From assembly GCF_009914755.1 (NCBI RefSeq), contig NC_060947.1: a stretch of DNA of 64,000 nt; one strand, 5' to 3'. Shown here one piece after another: positions 1 through 12,199 of this stretch. Position numbers and translations under genes: made by a program. The DNA comes from the human T2T-CHM13v2.0 reference genome, Homo sapiens. A model generated the notes under the pieces. The model was not told where the DNA came from and ran no database searches. It saw only the letters and a list, made by a program, of their open reading frames with translations. The stretch's first letter is position 1; the number at the start of each line of letters is the position of its first letter.

Positions 1-697
1 GGTTTTTCATAGATGGCCTTTACTGAATTGAGGTTCTCTTCTATTCCTAATTTATGGAGCGTTTTTACCAATAAAGGGTCTTAGATTTTTACCAAATGTT
101 TTGTTGTACATCTATTGAGATTATTGTGTTTTTTCCTTTATTAATAGGATATATTACATTGATTGGTTTTAATATGGTGACCCAATATGATAAATCCCAC
201 TTATTTATGGTGTGTAATCTTTTTTATATGTTGTTGGATTTGGTTTGCTAGTATTTTGTTGAGGATTTTGTGTCTATTCATAAGGATTCTGGTCTGTAGT
301 TTTATTTTCTTGTAATCTCTTTGGCATTAGCATTAGGGTAATACTGGCTTCATATTAGTAAGTGTTCTCTGCTCTTCTATTTTCTTTTACTATTTTTTTT
401 TTTAAAGACAGGGTCTTGCTATGTTGCCTTGAATGGAGTGCAGTGACACTTCATAGGTACAATCATAGCACACTGCAACCTTGAATTCTTGGCCTCGAGG
501 AATCTTCCCACCTTAGCCTCCCAAATAGTTGGGATTACAGTTGCATGCTACCCTCCCTGGCTTTTCTATTTTTTGAAACAGTTTAAGACATATTCATGTT
601 AATTTTTCTTTAATCATTTGAGACTTTACCAGTGAATCTATCTGGTCTGGGCTTTTCTTTACTGGAAGTTTTTGATTACTGACTCAATCTCTGTACC
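1..697 (-). mobile_element. Old L1 (L1M) ORF2 fragment, antisense, interrupted by a FAM
   Basis: T-rich sequence resembling antisense L1 ORF2 (e.g. tggtttgctagtattttgttgaggatttt; ccagtgaatctatctggtctggg). Confidence 0.8.
384..561 (-). mobile_element. FAM (fossil Alu monomer)
   Basis: Single monomer retaining the 7SL-derived segment gagtgcagtgacacttcataggtacaatcatagcacactgc; poly-T tail at 393-403; TSD-like tcttctatttt (373-383) / ttttctatttt (562-572). Confidence 0.75.
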
Positions 698-699
698 TG

Positions 700-1387
700 T
701 TAAATAACAACTCCCTTTTATCCTCTCTCCTCAGCTCCTGGTAACCACCATTCTATTTTCTATAGCTGTGAATTTGAATATTTTGGATATATCAGTGTTT
801 GAGTCTGTTTCTTGCTGCTGTAACATAATACTAGATAATGAGTAATGTATAAAGAAAAAACATTATTTCTCACAGTTCTGGAGGCTGGGAAGTCCAAGAT
901 TGAGGGGCCAACATCTGGTGAGGGCCTCCTTGCTGTGCCAGTTTATGCTTGAAAAGGAGAGGATGGTGGGGGCAGGGAAATTCATCCTTTTATAATAAAC
1001 ACACTGAATGATAATGGCATCAATCCACTCATGAGGCCAGAGCCCTCATGGTCTAATCATATCTTAAAGGTCTCACCTCTTAATATTGTCACATTGGGGA
1101 TCAAACTGTCAACACAAGAGCTTTGGGGGACACATTCAAACTATAGCACTCATATAAAGTGGCATCTTACTGTAGTTGTCCTTTTGTGACTGATTTACTT
1201 CATTTAGCATAATATCCTCATGGTTCATCCATGTTGTAGTGTGTGACAGGATTTCCTTCCTTTTTAGGGCTGCATAGTATCCCACTATACTTATATTCCA
1301 TATTTTGTTTGTCCATTTGTCCATCAATGGACATTTGGATTGTTTCTGCCTCTTGGCCAATGTGAATAATGCTGCTATGAATATAAG
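700..1387 (-). mobile_element. L1MB-type 3' end, split by an MST LTR
   Basis: Antisense L1MB 3'UTR/ORF2 end; ORF 1136..1417 resembles the ORF2 C-terminus (FIAALFT..KCP..W). Confidence 0.8.
795..1148 (-). mobile_element. MaLR solo LTR (MST family)
   Basis: Contains cacagttctggaggctgggaagtccaagat and ends ggggacacattcaaactatagca, the reverse complement of the MST start. Confidence 0.8.
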
Positions 1388-1680
1388 TGCTATGGCTTGA
1401 ATATTTGTCCCCTTCAAAACTCATGTTGAAATTTAACCCCAATGTGGCAGTATTGAGACATGAAACCTTTAAAAAATGATTGGGTCACAGTAGGCAGAGC
1501 TCTTATGAAATAGATTAATCCATTCATGGGCTAATGGATTATTGGGTTATCATGGGAGTGGGACTGGTGGCTTTATAAGAAGAGGAAACGAGACCTGATT
1601 TAGCATGCCTATTCCCCTCACCATGTGATGGATGCACTATGCCACTTCAGGACTGCAGAGAGTCACCAACAGAAAGAAGA
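1388..1680 (+). mobile_element. MSTB-like LTR, 3' truncated
   Basis: Starts tgctatggcttgaatatttgtccccttcaaaactcatgttgaaattt. Confidence 0.85.
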
Positions 1681-1689
1681 TTTGTGTCC

Positions 1690-1858
1690 CAGCTCTTCCA
1701 CCTCCTAGTTCTTACCTCTGGGATCTTGGGCCAGACCCCAAGTCTTTCTTGCCTCAGTTTCTTCATGTATAAAATGCCGCTGATAATGGCATCTATCTCA
1801 TAGGGTGCCTGGGAGGATTAAATGAAGTAATGTTTGGAGCATGCTTGACACATAGTGA
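1690..1858 (+). mobile_element. MIR
   Basis: MIR core gcctcagtttcttcatgtataaaatg...gaggattaaatgaag. Confidence 0.8.
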
Positions 1859-2235
1859 TTAAGGTCTGACCCCAATCCACAAACCTCCAAGATAACCGAC
1901 CTCTAGAACAAAGAGGACAGGTCCACTATGCCTTATCTGAAATCCTATGAATAGCTCAAAAACACCATCCATAAAAGGAAAACTACAAACTATACCTCAT
2001 CAAAATTAGGACGTGCAAAGAGGTTGAAAAAACAGTCTACTGTCTGAAAAGATCAGGAGAAAATATTTGAAAACCATATATCTGGGAAAGGACTAGGATC
2101 TAGGATATAAAAGAAACTCACAAAACTCAACAGTCATAACAAATAATTTAATAAGAAATAGAACATAAGACATGAATAGTCATTTTACTGAAGAGGATAT
2201 ACTGGTGGCAAATAAGTACATAAAGAGATGTTCCA

Positions 2236-2372
2236 GGCTGGGCATGGTGGCTTACACCTATAATCCCAGCATTTTGGGAAGCTGAGACAAGAGCATTACT
2301 TGAGCTCAGGAGTTTGAGACCAGCCTGGACAACACAGTGAAAATCTGTATTTTTTTTAAGAGGTGAAAAAAA
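2236..2372 (+). mobile_element. FLAM_C / free left Alu monomer
   Basis: ggctgggcatggtggcttacacctataatcccagc...gagtttgagaccagcctgg, no right arm. Confidence 0.8.
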
Positions 2373-2938
2373 ATTTTTAAATGGTGTTCCACATCAATAC
2401 CTCAACATAAGGAAAATGCAAATTAAAACCACAATGGAATGCCACTACACAGCTATCAATAAGAATGCTTGAAATGAAAAGTAGTGATAATAACAAACGC
2501 TGCTGAGGGTATGGAGAAACAGAATCACTCATACATTGCTGTGGGAATGTGAAATGGTAAAGTCACTCTGGAAAATCATTTCTTTAAAAAGTGAACATGC
2601 AACTGCTATAAGACTGGCAATTGCATTACTGAGCATTTGTCCCTGAAAATGAAGACTTGTGCTCATGCAAAAATTGGTACATGAATATTCATAGCACACT
2701 TATTTGTATTAGAAAAACAAAACAAAACAAAACTTGGAAACGGTACAGATGTCTTATAGTAGGTGAATGGTTAGAGAAAAATACTGTGGTATATCCACCA
2801 TGGAATATTACTCAGCCATGAAAATTAGTGAACTCTTAGTATACACAACAGTCTGGATGGCTCTCCAGGGAATTAAGCTGAATAAAAAGAGTCAATCCAT
2901 AAGGTTACAGACAGTAGGATTCCATTTTTATAATATTC

Positions 2939-2942
2939 ATTT

Positions 2943-2977
<35 letters not shown>

Positions 2978-3100
2978 TTTTAAACTTTTATTTTAGGTTC
3001 AGGGGTACATGTGCCAGTTTGTTATATAGGCAAAGTCCTGTCACAGGGGTTTGTTGTATGGATTATTTCATCACACAGACACTAAGCCTATTACCCTATA
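2939..3100 (-). mobile_element. Short older L1PA 3' end with (TTTA)n tail
   Basis: (TTTA)n then ttttaggttcaggggtacatgtgc; flanked by tataatattc direct repeats. Confidence 0.75.
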
Positions 3101-4369
3101 TAATATTCTAATATTCTTATAATGACAAAATATAGAACTGGCAAACAGATTAGTGATTACCAGGGATTAGGGATGGGTGCTGGGGTCTGGGAGGGAGGTA
3201 CATGTGATTATAAAAGGAAAAATGAATGATCCTTGTGGTAATAAAATTGTTCAGTATGTTGACTGTGCTGTTAGATACATGAACCTACATATGTGATAAA
3301 ATTCCGTGGAACAAAATACACACACATGCAAATGGGTACACGCAAAACCAGGGAAATGTGAATAACATCGGTGGATTGTACAAATGTCATTGTCTTGGTT
3401 GCGATCTTGTAGTACAGTTTTCTAAGATGTTACCCTTTGGGGAGACTGGATCTAGGGTACATGGGATCTCTCTGTATTATCTCTTACATCTACAATTACC
3501 TCAACTAAGATTTCAATAAACACATAGACAGTGACAGATAAAGTGCCACTAATTGTAAAACTAAATCAGAAATAAAATAAAGCAATGACAGAGAACCTCT
3601 CTCAGAGAAGCAAGAGGTACAACTCCCAGAGCAATTTCTACGCAGAGCACTGTGTCATGAAGCCTGATCCAAGGTCCTGTCTGGACTCGATGGGACAGAG
3701 AACCTCTTCAGTGATGTCTGCCCTCATGAAGGTGGAAGTGTTCTGAGAACTAGTGCTGCATATTCGCCACCCATTCTATGTGGAATGCCTGTCTCATAAT
3801 GACAGCGTGGCACTGTGACATCTGGGGTAGAGGGGGTTTTGAGGCAGCAGGGCCTGTTTAGGGCTCCACAAATTCCACCACCGTAGACCACGCCCTACAA
3901 GTGCAGGTGGGTTCCATGATTACATTGGGCTGTACACTAGCCAGATCCCTAAGGGGCTGAGACCGCGGCTAATGTACCAGAAGCTGATATTCACTGAACC
4001 TAGGCCCTGGGCTCTACATGAATCAATTTACTAAGTACTTTGCATGAATCAATTTACTTAATCCTTGCCACAGTCCTATTGCTTACTTTTGAAAACCAGG
4101 CTTTCCTGTTCCCACATGTTCCAACCCTGGTGTATTAGGTGTTCATTCTGCCACTGGGTCATTGGCTGATACTGACTTCTTCGTAGAGCAGCTGAGAGGT
4201 CCTTGAGAGTGACTCTCATCAGCCACTCCTCACTCACCTCCTGCCTCCTGTGCCCCAGGATTGCTGGCTAATTAGGAAGTGGCCAAGTGGGACCGTGCAG
4301 GGATCCTGGACTCTCCACAGCCACCACATCCTGTGGTCAGACAGCAGGGCTCCAGGGCAGGGATCTTGG

Positions 4370-4600
4370 GTAACAATAGCCGACCTATATGGAGCATTGC
4401 CTGGGTGCCAGACCCTGTGCTCAGAGCGTCACCCCTATCCTCTGACTTCATCCCCACCAGTGTCCTGTGAAATTGGTAGGATTTCCATCCCTTTTTCGTG
4501 ATAAAGAGATCAAGGGTTACAGAGGTGAAGTTGCGCGAGTGCACAAAGCTGATCAGTGGAGAGCAGTAATTTGCACCCAGGCTTGGCTGACCCCAGAGCC
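4370..4600 (-). mobile_element. MIR
   Basis: Antisense MIR (cagaggtgaagttgcgc...cacaaagctgatcagtggagagcag). Confidence 0.65.
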
Positions 4601-5449
4601 CGTGATCAAGTTTAGAGTCCTGCACAGGGCCTAGCGAAGGTCTCAGTAAATGTACAATGGCTGAATGAAAGGCCACTGGATAAATCTCATCCTGGGGCAG
4701 TACTAGTAGTCCTTAGGGTATGTGTCCTGAAATGAGGTAGCAAACCCGTCAACTGGGGTATAGGTGTGATCTGAGCTTGCGCTAAAAGATCCATCTCCTT
4801 ATAGAGGCGTCAAGGAGAATTGTTCATGTTTGTTGAATATCTGCTATACATCTAGTTCTGGGCTGCACTTTAAGGATGAATGAGATGGGGTCCCCTGTTT
4901 TAGAAAACACTCAGTGTTGCTGTGGAGACCAATGTCAGTTGTGAACTTCATGGTGTTTACCTGCTGTTTCCATCTTGTGAGGTCCCTTCCTCCTTGTCAC
5001 CTTGCTTCTGATCACCACTTAGATTGTGTCTGGTATGGGTTTCACTTAGGGATTTGAGACTGTTTTGTGATTGGGCTTGGCTGGGCCTGGGCCTCCTGAT
5101 ATGGTGGCTTAACCCTCATTTCAGCATGTGTGTGTGTCAGGGGGTGCTGAGAGGGTACATTATGTCCAGAATTTAAGGTCCCTTGCTTTTTCAAATACCT
5201 TTTCCATGTGCTCTTCTGATTTGTTATTAATCTAGACAGTTCTCTTAAATTACAAATTTCAAGTAGCATCTCTGAGCCTTACTTTCTTATCCATATTTCA
5301 TGGGGTCCTAGGACTGGACCAGTGTTCCACAGATATGTAATGACTTGCTCAATGATACAGACTGGATGTGGTACACAGATTGATTCCCCTGTCCCCATGG
5401 GGCTTTTGCTATATTTTCCTGCAGCATACTTTTTGAAGCAGCTCACTGC

Positions 5450-5655
5450 GGTGGAGTATAGGAATCACAAGTGGTAGATAAAGGTAGACCTTCATTAAAT
5501 CTCAGCTCCTCCATTTCTAAGCTTTTTACCTTGGAGAATTGAATTAAGGTAGCTTAGCCTCAGTTTTCTTCTCTGGAAAATGGTGATACATATAGGACCT
5601 GACTTGCAGACTTGGCTTGAGAATTAAATAGTATGATGTATCTAAATTGCCTGGG
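5450..5655 (+). mobile_element. MIR
   Basis: agcctcagttttcttctctggaaaatggtgata. Confidence 0.7.
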
Positions 5656-6468
5656 TCTTTGCAGATGACATTAATATCTATGTAGAATATGCCAAAGGAT
5701 TGACAAAACATTCTCCTGGAACAAATAAGTGGTTAGTCATAGGGTACAAGGTTAATATATAGAAGTTAATTTCTTTGCTATATAACAGCAATGAACAATT
5801 GGAAATAAATTAAGAGTTAAAAACGAATACTATTTAAAATAGCGCCAAAATTTAAATACTTAGGTACAAATGTAACAAATACTTGCAGGATTTATATGTG
5901 GAAAGCTACAATGTGCTGATGAAAGAAATCAAAGAAGACCTAAATAAATGGAGAGTTATCTCACATTAACGGACTGAAAACCCAAGTGTTGTTAAGATGT
6001 CGATTATTCCCAACTGACCTATAGCTTCAATGCAATCCCAATCAAAATCCTATTAAGCTCTTTGTAGAAATCCACAAACTGATTCTAAAATTTATATGGA
6101 AAGGCAAAAGGCCTAAAATAGCCAACAAAATACTGAAGAAGAACAAAGTTGGAGGGCTCAGACTACTACTATGATTTGAAGACTTACTAAAAAGTGACAG
6201 GAATCAGATGCTGTTGCATTGGTGAATGAATAGACAAGTAAATCAGTAGAACAAAATAGAGACCTCAGAAAATAGACCCACACAAATATAGTCAACTATT
6301 TTTTGACAAGGAAGCACAGTCAATTCAATGGAGCAAAGACAGTCTTTTCGACAAATGATGCTGAAACAATTGGACATTCATATAAAAATAATCTAGACAC
6401 AGACCTTATATCTTTCCTCAAAATGAACTTGAAATAGATCATAATAGATCACAGACCTAAATGTAAAG
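5656..6468 (+). mobile_element. Old L1 (L1M) ORF2 fragment
   Basis: tttgcagatgacat (RT FADD motif) ... aatgcaatcccaatcaaaatcc. Confidence 0.85.
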
Positions 6469-6599
6469 TCCCCAGCATGTGGCAGGTGCTCCATCAGTGG
6501 TCACTGTGGGTATTTGGAAGTGTTCTGAGGCTTTTTGAGTTGGCTGGCCAAGAATTTGTGGTGCTTGAGTGAAGTTGAGTGGGCCTTGTGAAATGCCCG

Positions 6600-6788
6600 A
6601 TGTTCTCCCCAGTGTGGCCAGGGGACCATCTGCATCAGAGTCACATGTAGTCTTCATTACCAAGGCAAATTCCTGGGCTTGCTACACACTGAGACTCCCT
6701 GTGCCTTGTATTTTTGTTTGCATTTTCATTTTTCTCAAACAATACCCACAGGTGATTTTGGTGCATATTCAGGTTTGAGAATTTTTGG
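6600..6788. mobile_element. MER5-like hAT-Charlie MITE
   Basis: gtgtggccaggggaccatctgcatcagagtcac ... caggtgattttggtgcatattcaggtttgaga. Confidence 0.6.
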
Positions 6789-6854
6789 CATATGGGTTAG
6801 TCAAGAAAAGGAGTCAGTCACCGCCTGGGTTCCAATTATAACCCCACCAATTTC

Positions 6855-7065
6855 CATAGCCCATGGTGTAGTAGAAGGGAGAGTAGGTTCTAGATTCAGA
6901 GGAATCTGGGTTTCATTTCTGCCTCTGCCTCCTATGGACTGTGTGACCTTGGGCAAGACACCCTCCTCTCTAAGCCTTGATTCTTCTTTTGCTAAATGAG
7001 AAGAGTAAAATAGTGATTCTTGTCTCCTAGACTTGTTGGGAGGTTTAAATGAGACAAATCCTGGC
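6855..7065 (+). mobile_element. MIR
   Basis: ctgtgtgaccttgggcaagacaccctcctctctaagcc. Confidence 0.75.
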
Positions 7066-8034
7066 CTCATGGGTGTTCTATCAGTGTCAGTTGAATTGCA
7101 TCTGAACAGCTACCCAAAGGAAAACAGGAAAGTTGGGTACTTGGTTGGTTGTAGGGTAGCTGCAGAGGGGCTTTTTGGAAAGTCAGAAGGCTGTGAGTGA
7201 GCCATGTGTGATGTCACAGAAGAGACGGAAGTGATGCTTGGCAGCTCAGGGGTTTAGCCTTCTTTGGGAGCTGGATACCTGCTCTCAGAAACGGTCTTGA
7301 TGGTGGAGAGATTCGAAGTCTGAGTGGCTGCCTGCTTTCTGTCTTCAGGGTATGAAAAGCCATTTATAGACCACAGCTATCCCCTTCAAGAACTAGCATT
7401 TTCAAAGGAAAATGCGCTCTGTTTTATTAATTTTATTAAATTAAATTTTGTCTGTTCAATGTGCACTCTCTTCTCAAGATGAGAAAAAAATTTAATGTGC
7501 ACTCTCTTCTCAAGAGGAGAAAAAAACTCCTGAGCCCCCTCTGCTGGCTGTATTGGAGAAGAACAGGCGAGTAAATTGGAATGATCTCTTAAAATCATGC
7601 ACGTGCTCACAGGGGCATAGAGACACCTACGATTACAGAAACAGCCACATATACTCACATGCCTTTGCATACAACATGCACACAAAGACATGCACAAGCA
7701 TATACTTACATAACACAGCTACGTTAGTGCAAGGTGGTTGAGGGTACAAACTCTGGCCTCACACAGACCAGCTGTGCATCTCCTATATAGATCTGTGCAA
7801 CCCTGGACAGGTTGCTTAACTTTTTAATTTTGTCATTTAAAAAATATATACATAAACACATGAATAATGTGTATATATTCCTACATATATAAATATCTAT
7901 ATTATAATGTATGAAAAGGGTCCATTTAGTATATAGTAAGCACTTGGTAAATGGAAGCTATTATCCTTCTATTATTGTTGTTATTAAGCCAAATTCAACC
8001 TTTCAGAGCTTCAGTCTAATTTTCTGTAAATTGA

Positions 8035-8285
8035 GAGCAATAGCAAATATTCATATGGTGCTTACTAGGTGGCTGGCACTGTTCTAAATGCTACCTATGT
8101 ATTTTCTCATTTAATCTTCACAACGACTTTATAAAGGTACTATTGTTATCCTCATTTTACAGATTAAAAAATGAGTCTTGGGAAGGATAAGTGGTTAGTC
8201 CATGCTTACACGTCTAGGAAGTGGAAGAGCTGGGATTCAAACAGGCAGCCTGGCTCTAGATATTCATCTTAAACAGGACACTGCA
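8035..8285 (-). mobile_element. MIR
   Basis: catttaatcttcacaac...atcctcattttacaga...gagctgggattcaaac. Confidence 0.85.
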
Positions 8286-10981
8286 CCTGCCTCATGGATA
8301 GGATTAAATGCAATACTTTCTGCAAAGTGCTTAGCACAGTGCTATGCACACCATAAACAGTAAAAACCAACTGTTACTACTCAAATTTCAACTTTGCCAC
8401 TTACTAACTGGGTCTACACAGATATATACACATCTGTGGGCACGTACAGTTGGTAACATGTAGATGTGTGCACACGCATTCACATACAGAGATGCATATG
8501 TAGATACACACAGATGTATTTATTCATCAGTGAATTCAATGACATTTATTGAGTAAACATTACATTATTTGACTGAAGCTCTTCTAGGCTTCTCCACTGG
8601 AGATGCAGCATTGAAGAAAACAGGCAAAATTTCCTGGTCTTGTGGATCCAACATTCTAGTGGATGAGAAAGAAGATAAACAAGATTTTAAAATACTGTAT
8701 AACTGGATAGTGAAAAGTGCTCAGGAGAAAATATAAACAGAAGAGAGATATGAAATGCTGGGTAGGGGGTTGATATTTTACTTAAGGGTGGCTACAGAAG
8801 GTACAATAAGGACGATACTTTTTGAGTAAAGATCTAAAGGAGAGCAGAGAGCAAGCATGCAGCTGCCTGGAACAAGAGATTTCCAGGCTGAGGAAATATC
8901 AGGGTCAAGTGCCCTGAGATTGGAGAATTCCTGGCATGTTCAAGTATTAGCGAGGAGGCCAGTGTGTCTGAAGTGGGCTGAAAGAAAGGGACAGTAGTAG
9001 ATAAGTGGGGATGGCCCAGATCATGTAGGTCTTTGTAATCAGTATAAGGGCTTTGGATTTTCCTCCATGATGTAGAAATGTGGCAAGATTTTGAGCAGAG
9101 GAATAGCATGATCTAATTTATGTTTTTAAAATTGGCACATAATAATTGTATATGTAATTTATGTTTTAACAAGATCACTCTGGATTCTCTTTGAAAACAA
9201 GCAGAAGCAAATTAAGGATAAAATCTCAAATACTAGTTAGGAGGCTATTGTGTAAGTCCAAGCAAGACATTATGGTGGATTGGGTTAAACTGATATGAAG
9301 GGAGATGGTGAGAGATATTTGGATATATTATGAGAATAGAGCCAACATAATTTACAGGTGGATTGGGTTAGAGTTGTGAGAAAAAGAGAGAAGTCAAGAT
9401 GATGCCAAGATATTTTGCGTAAGCAACAAGAAGTGTGGAATTGCCATTAACAGATGGCCAATACCATAGAAAGTGCAGATTGGTATGCGAAGATCAAGAA
9501 TTGGTTTTTGAACATGTTAAGTTTGAGATGCCAATTAGACATTCAAATGGAGATACAAGTATGTAGTTGAATGTGAAAGTCTGGAGTTCAGAGAAGAGAT
9601 CTGATCTCAAGATAAAAATCTGTGAATTGTTGGAGAATAGATAAAAGCATGAAACTAGATAAGATTAGCAAGGGAGTAAGTGTAAGTAAAGAAAAAGAGC
9701 TTCAAGAACTGAGCCCTGGTGCATTGTTAAGTTAATAAGTCAAAAGGTGAGAAGTTCAGCAAAGGAGATGAGGAAGAATGGTCAGTAAACTAGGAAAGCA
9801 GAGATGGTTGAGTGTAGGTGTCCTGGAAGCCAAGTGAAGAGTTTGTAGGATGATCCAGTGTTTATGATCATCATCAACTGTTCATCAACTGCCGAATGTG
9901 GCTGATGAGTCAACATGAGGTGTGAGAATTGACTACTGTATCTGAAAACGTGGAGGTCGTTGGCAACCTTGAGAACAGCAGTTTAGAGTGAAGTCGTGGG
10001 ACAGAAAGCCTGATTGAAATAGGTTAAAAAAGGAATGAGAGGGAAAGAATTGGAAACGGCAAATATCGGTAACTCCCAAGTTTTGCAATAAAGGGGAGTA
10101 AAGAAACGGAGCAAGAGCTGAAGGGAAAGTGAGCTCAAGGGTCCCTTGAGATTTTTTTTTTTTTAATTGAGAGAAAAAAAAATTCTGGTGTGCTCACATG
10201 ATGATAGAAATGATCCAGAATTGCTGGATCCCATAGAGAAAGATTTGTGGTGCAGAAAATAGAGGGAAGAATTGCTAGAGGATGTGCTTGAGCAGGTGGA
10301 AGGAATGCGACTCCATGCACAGGTGAAGAGGTTGAGCTTAGCTAGGAGCGTCAACTTTTTATCCCCAGTAAAAGGAAACTAGCATATGTAGACAAAGATG
10401 CTGACATATTTTTAGAGAAACAGGAAGCAAATTCATAGCTGAGCATGGGGTTAACTTAGAAGTTTGAAGAGAGAGAAGAAAACATAATATGTTTTTCAAG
10501 GAGTATCACAATAAATAGACTAGGAGACTATAATATGATTCTGGGGTAAATTTAGTGTCCCACCTGATTTGGGGTTGGTTCATGAGTTGAAAGTGAAACC
10601 AGCTGGAATCCTGTATTCCACAACCCACCCCCCCCCCCCCCGCCCACCCCCCACCCAGTTTCATTCAGGTACGCAGGTGGAAGCACAGAGGAGGTGGAGA
10701 GTTGATTTAACCAGGAGTGTTGCTTAGATAAGTGCCACAAGATATTCTAGTGAGTGACTGACATAATTTAAGCTGGGCCAGGAAAGAAGACAGAAAGGAT
10801 ACCAGGTAGGTAGACAGTGCAAAGATGGTAGTATCAGTAAAATGGATGTCCCAGCAGGGTGAAGGACTACTAGATTTGCAATATAAGAAGGAGTGAACTG
10901 AAAAGATAGGAGGTGGTGGTCAGAGAGGGTGACTATGAAATTGAGATTATGGGAGATTTGCAGTTATTGGTCATGGCAAGG

Positions 10982-11515
10982 TGTAAGGAACATGGCTGTG
11001 CTTTGGTCAAGGATAGGCCGAGGTAAACATCCAGAGTGACTCAGCGAGTTTAGAGTGCAGGCATATAACTTCACTTGTTATCACAGCCGTGTAGCCATAA
11101 CATGGGAAGGCCATCGCTTGGCTCTATGCCACTATTGTCTGTAAAAGGTATAATTGCCCTGCTGACACTGTACAAGCACGCTTGCGCCCAGAGAGAGAGA
11201 GTCAAAGCTGTCAGTCTTGCGGACAGACAGGAGGGAACTAGGACACAGCTTGGCTTTCTTGTGCCCAGAGAAATAGTCAAGCTGCTGACCCTGAAGGCAA
11301 GGGAGAGCCGGCCGCGCAGCTGTCATGGGGGCTGCCCGCTCAAGCAGCTGAGACAGAGCAGGCAGTGTAAGAGAGCTCCTGCTGAAAACTGCTGCTGAAT
11401 AAAATCATCTTTCACCTACCTGCGTCCCCCCAGGTGTTCTTTCAGCTATCTGCTACTCATCCACCAACTCCCTCTGGACCTCAGCCTGGGCTGGAACCTG
11501 ACCCTGGAACTGACA
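10982..11515 (+). mobile_element. ERVL solo LTR, LTR18B-like
   Basis: TG...CA termini; start tgtaaggaacatggctgtgctttggtcaaggataggccgagg; AATAAA at 11398-11403; imperfect TSD caagg/caggc. Confidence 0.8.
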
Positions 11516-11527
11516 CAGGCCTAAGTA

Positions 11528-11945
11528 TTGTTGATGAGAAATGACCCCAAGTTCTTTGCAGTGCCTTCTATCCACAGTGAAGTCTGTTTCTCTGCCTCTT
11601 GAACCTGAGCTGGCCCTGTGATTTGACCAAGAGAAAGAGGAAAAAGTAATGTATGACTTCTGAGCTTCTGCCTCAAGAGGCCTGGCAGCTTCGGCTTTGC
11701 TAAGCTGCCACCACTACATTAAAAAACAAAACACCTCTTTGAGGATGAAATACTACTTGGAGAGAGAAGTCCAGCTGAATCCAGTCCCCAGCCAGCTCAC
11801 AACCAAAGGCATGAGTGAGCCCAGGTGAGACCAGCACAAAGAACCGCTTAGCCAATTCACAGAATTGTGAGAAATAATACATTTGTTTGTTGTTTGAAGC
11901 CACGGTGTTGCAGTGGTATGTTGTACAGCAAGAGATAACACTTTA
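11528..11945 (+). mobile_element. MLT1 (G/H-like) MaLR LTR
   Basis: gtgatttgaccaagagaa...cacagaattgtgagaaataa...tgtttgaagccac...ttgtacagcaagagataac. Confidence 0.75.
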
Positions 11946-12199
11946 AAATGTGACTGTGGGAATTAGTGACTGTGGCGGGGTCAAAAATGCAATTGTTGGA
12001 GTTCAAAGAACTGAGAAGCCAGGGTGTTGGGTAGATAATCTATATTTATATTACAATTGCCGGGGATTGAAGCAGGCATAGTGTTGGGGGGAGCAATAGT
12101 GTACCAGGAGTGAACATCTTCAAGAAATAAGTGGGTGTGATTTGGGGCAGTATGGTCTGATGAAATGAGATTCTAAGAGATTTTTATGTAGCTGGGTAT

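Larger units (their letters stand above)
1965..3522 (+). mobile_element. L1MC1-like 3' portion, with FLAM and L1PA inserts
   Basis: ORF2 end (aaatgcaaattaaaaccacaatg) and L1MC-type 3'UTR (gatccttgtggt...ggtacatgggatctctctgtattat). Confidence 0.8.
8517..12170 (-). mobile_element. Long L2a element, interrupted by LTR18 and MLT1
   Basis: Begins with the antisense L2 tail (ttcatcagtgaattcaatgacatttattgag) and continues through typical L2 body (catgttaagtttgagatgcc, gagccctggtgcatt, tgtcctggaagccaagtgaaga). Confidence 0.8.
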
